Assembly: GCA_965219535.1 (NCBI GenBank)
Contig: CBDCNV010000001.1
Location: forward strand, 1,530,001 to 1,562,000
Direction: 5' to 3'
Source: Opitutales bacterium
GTDB taxonomy: Bacteria; Verrucomicrobiota; Verrucomicrobiia; Opitutales; PNEW01
DNA length: 32,000 nt
Shown here: positions 25,829 through 32,000 of the stretch, one piece after another
Position numbering within the stretch: the stretch's first letter is position 1
How the letters are laid out: each line of letters starts with the position of its first letter
Notes under the pieces: model-generated
Databases searched by the model: none
What the model was told of the DNA's origin: nothing
The model's input: only the letters and a program-made list of their open reading frames with translations
Made by a program: the position numbers and the translations under genes

Positions 25829-26857
25829 CTAGGCGTGAGCGGGGACGGTCTCCTTAACGAGTTCGACTAACTTATCCGCGTTGGGGAGATAGAATTTTTC
25901 CAATTCTGGTGAGAATGGCACGGGTGTATGTGGAGGGGTGAGCATCTTTGGCGCTGCATTAAGACTGTCAAACGCCTTGGAGGAAGCGAGAGCCACAACA
26001 TCCGTTGCAATGGAGCACCGTGGATTGTCTTCATCGACAACAATTAGATGCCCTGTTTTTCGCACTGAATTCAGAATCAATTCCTCATCAAGCGGTGACA
26101 TCGAACGAGGATCAATCACTTCCACACTAATATCATCTTGCTCCAGTTTTAACGCTGCTTCATAGGCGATGAGCACCATCTTTGAAAAAGCTACGATTGT
26201 TATATCTGTACCCTCACGAACGACCTCTCCTTTCCCCAGGGGAAGAAGATACTCTTCTTCGGGAACCGGCCCTTTGGTGTCATAGAGCCCCTTGTGCTCG
26301 ACAAAGATTACAAGGTCGTCATCACGAATCGCTGATTTCAACAGACCTTTAGCGTCATAGGGAGTTGATGGGGTGACCAGTTTTAACCCCGGGAGGTGAA
26401 CGAGAAGGGAGTGGCAGGAATGTGAATGCTGGGCCGCAGCGTTAAACCCTCCCCCGATCATTGTCCGCATGACCATTGGGACCTTCGCTTTTCCTCCGAA
26501 CATATAACGCATGGCTGATGCCTGGTTCATGATCTGATCGAGACAGAATCCAAGAAAATCGATAAACATTAATTCTACGATGGGTCGCATCCCGCTGGCC
26601 GCTGCACCCGCGGCGCAACCTACAATGGCACCTTCGGTTATTGGGGTGTCGCGGACACGCGATTTCCCGAATTTTCCGACCAGTCCTTTGGAGACACCGA
26701 ACGGACCACCCCACGCATCAAACTCATCTGGGGCTTCATTTTGCGCACCCCCGGCTATATCCTGTCCAAGGATAAAAACGCTTTCGTCACGCTGCATTTC
26801 TTCGTGTAGCGCTTCATTGAGGGCTTGCCGGTAAGTAACTTTTTTTCTATCAGCCAT
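25829..26857 (-). CDS. 2-oxoacid (pyruvate/acetoin) dehydrogenase E1 component, beta subunit
   Basis: 342 aa with a transketolase-like pyrimidine-binding and C-terminal domain layout. The sequence (VTYRQALNEALHEEM...VFILGQDI...RVRDTPITE...PRSMSPLD) is typical of PdhB/AcoB. Confidence 0.9.
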   Translation of the reverse strand: MADRKKVTYRQALNEALHEEMQRDESVFILGQDIAGGAQNEAPDEFDAWGGPFGVSKGLVGKFGKSRVRDTPITEGAIVGCAAGAAASGMRPIVELMFIDFLGFCLDQIMNQASAMRYMFGGKAKVPMVMRTMIGGGFNAAAQHSHSCHSLLVHLPGLKLVTPSTPYDAKGLLKSAIRDDDLVIFVEHKGLYDTKGPVPEEEYLLPLGKGEVVREGTDITIVAFSKMVLIAYEAALKLEQDDISVEVIDPRSMSPLDEELILNSVRKTGHLIVVDEDNPRCSIATDVVALASSKAFDSLNAAPKMLTPPHTPVPFSPELEKFYLPNADKLVELVKETVPAHA

Positions 26858-26875
26858 GACTTAATACTCCTAAAT

Positions 26876-27886
26876 TTAATAATTCACGTATACATCATTC
26901 AGACAGTCTTCGGGTTCGGGAAAGGGAGAAGACCTGCCAAATTCAATTGCTTTTTTAATAACATCCGCGACTTTCTCATCGATGGCTTTCATTTCTTCTG
27001 GAGTAACGCCGATCGCTGGCGCGACATTATTGGCGAATAGGACGAGCGGGTCGCGTTTTCGCGCTTCAATGGCTTCGTTTGGATCACGATATTTTAAGTT
27101 ATCTCCCTCGAAGTGTCCATAGAAGCGGGTCGTTTTGCATTCAAGTAGGGAGGGCCCTTTCCCCGCGCGGGCATGTTTAGCGGCTTCTTTAGTCGCCCGG
27201 TGAACGGCGATAATATCCTGGCCGTCAACAATAACACCCGGAATATTATAGGATTTAGCGCGTTCAGCGAGGTCCTTTACATTCATGGCATAGGAGGTCG
27301 CTGTCGTCTGGGCATAGCCATTGTTTTCACAGACGAAAACGCAGGGCAGATCCCAGATCGATGCCAGGTTGAGGGATTCATGAAAGATACCTTCGTTCGT
27401 AGCGCCATCCCCGAAAAAGCAGACTGCTACCTGACCGCTATTTCGCAATTGGGCGGAGAGTGCCGCACCCACGGCAATCGGTGTGCTACCAGCAACGATA
27501 CCGTTGGCTCCGAGCATCCCCTTAGAAAAGTCGGCGATATGCATCGATCCTCCCTTTCCTTTGCAAATACCCGTTACACGACCATAGAGTTCTGCCATCA
27601 TGCCATCTAATTCTACTCCCTTGGCGACGCAATGTCCATGACCACGATGGGTAGAAGTGATATAATCGTCATCGTTTATTGCGGTCATTACACCGGAGGC
27701 TATGGCCTCTTCACCCACGTAGCAGTGGACGAAACCGGGGAGCTCTCCCGCCGCAAAAAGTTCGTGAACGGCTTCGTCAAAGTCACGAACGCGTCGCATG
27801 TTTTCATACATCTTTAACCCCATTGCATGATCAATATCAGCAAATGATGTGGTCTCTTTGGGGGTTTCAGTTGTTACCTCAGCCAT
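26876..27886 (-). CDS. 2-oxoacid (pyruvate/acetoin) dehydrogenase E1 component, alpha subunit (TPP-binding)
   Basis: It has the TPP motif FFGDGATNEG...(N)NGYA, plus FVHCYVGEEA and STHRGHGH. Its ATG lies 1 nt after the E2 stop. Confidence 0.9.
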   Translation of the reverse strand: MAEVTTETPKETTSFADIDHAMGLKMYENMRRVRDFDEAVHELFAAGELPGFVHCYVGEEAIASGVMTAINDDDYITSTHRGHGHCVAKGVELDGMMAELYGRVTGICKGKGGSMHIADFSKGMLGANGIVAGSTPIAVGAALSAQLRNSGQVAVCFFGDGATNEGIFHESLNLASIWDLPCVFVCENNGYAQTTATSYAMNVKDLAERAKSYNIPGVIVDGQDIIAVHRATKEAAKHARAGKGPSLLECKTTRFYGHFEGDNLKYRDPNEAIEARKRDPLVLFANNVAPAIGVTPEEMKAIDEKVADVIKKAIEFGRSSPFPEPEDCLNDVYVNY

Positions 27887-27887
27887 T

Positions 27888-28901
27888 TTATCCGTCCTCC
27901 AATCTCAGGTTTTCTATTTTATCAACTAAGTCTTTTAAAAAAGTGGCTCCTGCAGCGCCATCGGCCACGCGGTGATCTAAAGTTAAACCTAATTCAATAA
28001 ATGGCGCAAGAGCTATCTGACCATTGTCTCCAGAAACGGCAAGTTGCTGAATGCGTCCAACGGAAAGAATGCCGGTTTGAGAGGGGTAAAGCAAAGCAGT
28101 AAAACGATCGACTGGAAACATTCCCAGATTGGTGACGGAAAAGGTTCCACCTTCCAGTTCATCCGTCAGAGCACTGCGTGAGCGCACCAGTTCGACGAGA
28201 TATTTCCTCTCCTCACAGATCTCGGGAAGTGATAAGCCACAGGCCCCTTTGACTACAGGAATCATCAACCCCTCTTCCATGGCGATGGCGAGGCCGACAT
28301 TTGCCTGGGAATGGATGCGCAACCCAGCATCTTCATAGGAGGAATTAAGACGGGGATGTTCTTTCAAGGTTCGGGAGACACAGAAAATTATAACATCATC
28401 ATAGGCAATAGTTCTATCCACTTCGCGAAGCTCCATCATTCTTGAGGCGGAAGCGCGGGTGAAAAGAGTAATCTGCGGGACAGCTGCTGAATGGGTGACG
28501 GTACGTGTAATTGCTTTACGCATATCCGACCAGGGTTCCAAACTGCCTTCATCCTGTTGCGTTACTTTTTGCTCTATAGGAGCAGCTTCCGAAGATACAG
28601 CCGTTGCGACTGGGGTTCCTGATTGATCAGGGTCTTCAGTTGAAATATCACTTTCCGATTCACCTTCCGCGAGGATCCATGCGATTGTTTCGGCGACATC
28701 GATTTCATCGCCCTCCTGCGCGGTAATACGCGCGAGCGTACCGTCTGCCGGTGAACTCAACTGGTTAACGATTTTATCGGTTTCGATCTCCGCGATTTCC
28801 TGTTTTTTTTCTATCTTGTCCCCTTCTTTAACAAGCCAGGAGACGAGTGTTCCTTCAGTCATCGTCAAACCGAGTTTAGGCATTTTTACAGGAACAGGCA
28901 T
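27888..28901 (-). CDS. dihydrolipoamide acyltransferase (E2): lipoyl domain plus catalytic domain, without a peripheral-subunit-binding domain
   Basis: The lipoyl-lysine motif EIETDKI lies in residues 1-78. An acidic/Pro-Ser-Thr linker spans 79-~122. The catalytic domain carries FSVTNLG and the active-site DHRVADGA. No GTGPGGRI-type E3/E1-binding motif is present. It is 337 aa, against the ~400+ aa usual for E2. Confidence 0.88.
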   Translation of the reverse strand: MPVPVKMPKLGLTMTEGTLVSWLVKEGDKIEKKQEIAEIETDKIVNQLSSPADGTLARITAQEGDEIDVAETIAWILAEGESESDISTEDPDQSGTPVATAVSSEAAPIEQKVTQQDEGSLEPWSDMRKAITRTVTHSAAVPQITLFTRASASRMMELREVDRTIAYDDVIIFCVSRTLKEHPRLNSSYEDAGLRIHSQANVGLAIAMEEGLMIPVVKGACGLSLPEICEERKYLVELVRSRSALTDELEGGTFSVTNLGMFPVDRFTALLYPSQTGILSVGRIQQLAVSGDNGQIALAPFIELGLTLDHRVADGAAGATFLKDLVDKIENLRLEDG

Positions 28902-28982
28902 GGTCTTAAAAATGTTTAATCATTCATCAGCAATAATGTGAATAAAAAAAGATATTTATCTTATATTAACATAGATATAAAA

Positions 28983-29759
28983 TCATATACCTTTCATAAG
29001 AAATCCCCCGTCGATGTAAATGTCCTGACCGGTAATATAACTGGAAGCATCAGAAGCTAAAAAGATGACCAATCCGGATAGATCATCGAGCTGGCCCCAG
29101 CGGTTTAAAAATGTTGTTTCGGCTCTCTCTTTGCGTTTTTCAGGATCATTCCAGGATTTTTCGGAGATCTGTGTTCTAAAATAGCCGGGGCCAATCGCAT
29201 TGGCTCTAACGCCGAATTCCCCCAGATCCATGGCGAGTGATTTAGTAAGCTGTTTAAGACCCCCCTTAGAAGCGATATAAGCAGGGTTATCTGTAAACCC
29301 GCGTTCCGCATTTATGCTTGTAATATTGATAATCGAGCCATTTCCCTGTTCCTTCATCAATTTCCCCATGCGCTTACTCAGCTGAAATGGCGCTTCCAGG
29401 TTTACCTTCATTGTTTCATTCCACAATTCGTCGGGGTAATCCAGACCATCGCGCTGAAAGCTTACCCCTGCGCAATTTACTAATATGTCGATTCTCTGAT
29501 GGTCCGATTTTATATAATATACGAGCGCGTCCATCTGTTTCAGGTCAGTGAGATCGCAGTACTTTTCGCATGCATTTAACCCCTCGCTCTTTAGCTTCTC
29601 TTTCCTCTCGGTAAGAAGCTGTTGATCCCTATCAACGAGAACGACCGTAGCTTCCGCTTTGAGTAGTGCATTGGCCAATGCGCCGCCAATGCCGCCACAA
29701 GCGCCCGTGACAATGGCGATTTTGCCTTTCAGAGAGAAGAGTTTATTTAAGTAGGTCAT
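28983..29759 (-). CDS. short-chain dehydrogenase/reductase (classical SDR; KduD/gluconate-5-dehydrogenase/butanediol-dehydrogenase-like)
   Basis: It has the cofactor motif TGACGGIGGALA, NCAGV, the catalytic S...YIASK, and PG..RT. It is 258 aa. Confidence 0.85.
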   Translation of the reverse strand: MTYLNKLFSLKGKIAIVTGACGGIGGALANALLKAEATVVLVDRDQQLLTERKEKLKSEGLNACEKYCDLTDLKQMDALVYYIKSDHQRIDILVNCAGVSFQRDGLDYPDELWNETMKVNLEAPFQLSKRMGKLMKEQGNGSIINITSINAERGFTDNPAYIASKGGLKQLTKSLAMDLGEFGVRANAIGPGYFRTQISEKSWNDPEKRKERAETTFLNRWGQLDDLSGLVIFLASDASSYITGQDIYIDGGFLMKGI

Positions 29760-29882
29760 GGTATTAATTTTTCACTTTCTGTTCCCTCGTGGAATAGAGA
29801 ATGAGATACTTTATAAGTGCTTGACCTGTTTATTATATAAAGGAGATATATCAAGGGTTTAATCTCTTCTACACTCTGATAC

Positions 29883-30866
29883 GTGATCCGTTTTTCCGTA
29901 TTTTTCATCATCGCAGTTATTCTCTGCGCTTGCTCAAGGCATGAAGAATCGGGATATCGTCTTGCCGTCATACCTAAAGGATCGACACATGTATTCTGGA
30001 GATCCATTCATGCAGGGGCAGTCAAAGCCGAGAGAGAATTTAATGATGCAGGCGTCCCGGTTGAAATAATTTGGAAAGGACCGTTGCAGGAAGATAATCG
30101 GACCGCGCAAATTTATGTCGTTGAGAATTTTATAGGACAACAGGTAAATGGTATCGTCCTGGCACCCCTTGATGATACAGCGATTGTGGCACCGGTAGAT
30201 AAAGCCTACCGGGCAGGGATTCCGGTTGTGGTCATAGATTCCGGTCTCAATTACGATAAAAATGTAAGTTTTGTCGCCACGGATAATTTCAACGGGGGAC
30301 AGATTGCCGGTGAATACCTGGCAGAACTGCTTAAAGGTAAAGGCAAGGTAATTATGCTTCGCGTGCTCGTCGGTTCCGCCAGCGGAACGGCGCGGGAAGA
30401 AGGTTTTCTAGAGGTGATGAAAAAAAACCCTGGGATCGAGTTACTATCGACGAATAAATACGCGGGCGCCACACGCGATACCGCGCAAAGCGCTTCACAG
30501 AATTTACTCAACCGATTTGGTGACGTCGTGGATGGTATATATACACCCAATGAATCTTCAACCAATGGGATGCTGCTCGCGCTGCGTTCCATCGGCCGAG
30601 CGGGCGGTCAGGTTAAATTTGTGGGCTTCGATGGGGGAGAGCAGAACGTTCAGGGTCTGGAAAAAGGAGATATTCAAGGTCTTGTCATTCAGGATCCTTT
30701 TAAGATGGGCTACCTCGGTGTTAAAACCATGATCGAGCACCTGCAAGGTACGATTGTTGAAAAACGGATTGATACGGGAGCGACTCTCGTGACACTGAAT
30801 AATATCCAAAATGAAAAAATTCAAAATCAGTTATTTCCACCCTTAGACGAATATTTAGAATATTAA
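29883..30866 (+). CDS. periplasmic sugar-binding protein (type I PBP, RbsB/LsrB-like), probable lipoprotein
   Basis: It uses a GTG start. The signal sequence with Cys (FFIIAVILCAC) is followed by a typical monosaccharide-binding PBP sequence (RLAVIPKGSTHVFW...VNGIVLAP...PVVVIDS...FVGFDG). No permease or ATPase gene is adjacent. Confidence 0.8.
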   Translation: MIRFSVFFIIAVILCACSRHEESGYRLAVIPKGSTHVFWRSIHAGAVKAEREFNDAGVPVEIIWKGPLQEDNRTAQIYVVENFIGQQVNGIVLAPLDDTAIVAPVDKAYRAGIPVVVIDSGLNYDKNVSFVATDNFNGGQIAGEYLAELLKGKGKVIMLRVLVGSASGTAREEGFLEVMKKNPGIELLSTNKYAGATRDTAQSASQNLLNRFGDVVDGIYTPNESSTNGMLLALRSIGRAGGQVKFVGFDGGEQNVQGLEKGDIQGLVIQDPFKMGYLGVKTMIEHLQGTIVEKRIDTGATLVTLNNIQNEKIQNQLFPPLDEYLEY

Positions 30867-30908
30867 TGTTTCAGAAAAAGCAAAACCAGTAACAACAAGA
30901 ATAAAAAA

Positions 30909-32000
30909 ATGAAAGAACGATTTACCGAGTTGGCTGAATTCTATCGGGATAAACTTCTCAACGACACGATTCCTTTTTGGGAAAAAAATTCTATCGACCG
31001 TGAATGCGGGGGCTTTTTTACCTGCCTTGAACGTGACGGGACTGTCTATGATACCGATAAATTTATGTGGCTGCAGCCGCGCCAGGCATGGACATTTGCG
31101 ATGCTTTACAACCGTTATGAAAAACGCGATGAGTGGTTGGAGATAGCCAGGCACGGAATTGATTTTGTCACTAAGTATGGAAGGGATGAAGCCGGCGATT
31201 GGTTTTTCAGACTTACGCGCGAGGGAAAGCCGGTCCTGCACCCCTATAATCCCAATTCTACGGCTCTATTTTCCACCATAGCCTATGCCGAGTATGCGGC
31301 GATAACCCAGGATGAAGAGGATATTGCCCGTGCGCGGGAAACTTATGATTACCTTATTTCTGATCGTCCCAAACCCTATGCCCGTTTTGCTAAAGCTTAC
31401 CCGGGAACGCGCTCCTTGATCGGGTTGGGCGAACCCATGTTTAGAGCCCACGTTTCCTATGAAATTAAGTGGTTGATGGATGCGGATGAACTCAATCAAA
31501 CAATCGATGAATGTCTCAATGCCGTGTTTGATAAATTTCCAGATCCGAATCTTGGAATTTTTCGTGAGAATGTTGCACCTGACGGATCATTCGTGGATTC
31601 ATTAGAAGGTCGTCACATTAATCCAGGTCACGGAATTGAATGTGTTTGGTTTCTCATGGAGGTGGCTGAATTTCGAAACAACACGGAAGCGATTAATAAA
31701 TGTGTCGATGTACTCCTGAGTACACTGGATTTTGCCTGGGATAAAGAATATGGCGGTATCTATAATTTTATGGATGTCGAAGGTCACCCCCATCACGACC
31801 TTGGGTGGAACCAAAAATTATGGTGGCCGCATGACGAAATACTTATCGCGCTATCGATGGCTTATCGTCTTACCGGTAATCAGACTTGTTGGGACTGGTA
31901 TGAAAAAGCACATGAATATTGCTGGAATCATTTCAGTGATCCGGAATATGGCGAATGGTATGGTTATTTGGATCGCCGAAGTGAAGTCTATATGCCGCTT
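30909..32000 (+). CDS. N-acylglucosamine 2-epimerase (AGE/renin-binding-protein superfamily), C-terminus beyond the window
   Basis: Absent from the ORF track because it has no in-window stop. My translation from ATG 30909 gives MKERFTELAEFYRDKLLNDTIPFWEKNSIDRECGGFFTCLERDGTVYDTDKFMWLQPRQAWTFAMLY...GRHINPGHGIECVWFLME...WDKEYGGIYNFMD...KLWWPHDEILIA... It stays open for 364 codons to base 32000. This is an (alpha/alpha)6 AGE-family signature. Confidence 0.85.
   Translation, partial: MKERFTELAEFYRDKLLNDTIPFWEKNSIDRECGGFFTCLERDGTVYDTDKFMWLQPRQAWTFAMLYNRYEKRDEWLEIARHGIDFVTKYGRDEAGDWFFRLTREGKPVLHPYNPNSTALFSTIAYAEYAAITQDEEDIARARETYDYLISDRPKPYARFAKAYPGTRSLIGLGEPMFRAHVSYEIKWLMDADELNQTIDECLNAVFDKFPDPNLGIFRENVAPDGSFVDSLEGRHINPGHGIECVWFLMEVAEFRNNTEAINKCVDVLLSTLDFAWDKEYGGIYNFMDVEGHPHHDLGWNQKLWWPHDEILIALSMAYRLTGNQTCWDWYEKAHEYCWNHFSDPEYGEWYGYLDRRSEVYMPL

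Noticed and set aside
26442-27975. Plus-strand or off-frame ORFs inside the E1/E2 genes (26442-26714, 26580-26834, 27173-27610, 27679-27975, 28129-28338)
   Set aside because: They are nested within strongly supported dehydrogenase genes. Their Arg/Ser/Pro-rich composition is typical of antisense translation.
29841-29846. Perfect AAGGAG Shine-Dalgarno-like hexamer upstream of the sugar-binding gene
   Set aside because: It lies 37 nt from GTG 29883. An in-frame TGA at 29877-29879 prevents any upstream start, so it cannot be the RBS of this gene. The nearby TTGACC (29821-29826) has no convincing -10 partner at proper spacing.
29756-30007. 83-aa minus-strand ORF overlapping the SDR start and the sugar-binding protein start
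   Set aside because: It overlaps two supported genes and the divergent promoter region and has no motifs. It is probably spurious.
30251-31814. Minus-strand ORFs 30251-30592, 30558-30824, 30855-31241, 31266-31499 and 31602-31814
   Set aside because: They are antisense to the sugar-binding and AGE-epimerase frames, which have clear family signatures. They are shadow ORFs.
1-32000. Searched by eye for CRISPR arrays, tRNA/rRNA genes, transposases/integrases, toxin-antitoxin pairs and classic defence-system genes
   Set aside because: I found no regularly spaced repeat-spacer arrays, no cloverleaf-compatible sequences (no GTTCGAATC-type T-arms), and no recombinase, nuclease or ATPase defence signatures in any ORF.

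Overview
The window has two parts.

(1) Bases ~1.5-20.7 kb, + strand: a complete, tightly packed division/cell-wall (dcw) cluster. Gene order is mraZ, rsmH, ftsL, ftsI, murE, murF, mraY, murD, a LysM protein, ftsW, murG, a fused murC-murB, ddl, ftsQ, ftsA, ftsZ. Several junctions are start/stop overlaps. A divergent minus-strand pair precedes it (SAM-methyltransferase plus an HD-domain ppGpp-hydrolase-like gene that runs off the left edge). A lone purS follows it.

(2) Bases ~21-32 kb: an accessory carbohydrate/2-oxoacid region.
- A 270-nt leader bracketed by inverted CTTCGTC/GACGAAG heptamer arrays.
- A DHDPS/N-acetylneuraminate-lyase-family aldolase whose 50-aa C-terminal extension looks like a microcompartment encapsulation peptide.
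- Immediately after it, a tandem-BMC-domain (BMC-T) shell protein.
- A GH33 sialidase and a C45/Ntn-hydrolase-family protein.
- A hairpin-rich 389-bp convergent spacer.
- A minus-strand SDR-E2-E1alpha-E1beta 2-oxoacid/acetoin dehydrogenase operon. Its E2 has no E1/E3-binding domain, and no E3 gene is in the window.
- An orphan sugar-binding lipoprotein and an N-acylglucosamine-2-epimerase (AGE) gene that runs off the right edge.

The fused murC-murB, the BMC gene and FtsZ-based division suggest a PVC-superphylum organism, probably Verrucomicrobiota. That is inference only.

The best candidate for something undescribed is the aldolase-with-encapsulation-peptide plus BMC-T pair inside a sialic-acid-type (sialidase/lyase/AGE) and pyruvate-oxidising gene neighbourhood. 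It could be a satellite or novel metabolosome module.

I found no rRNA, tRNA, CRISPR array, transposase or integrase.
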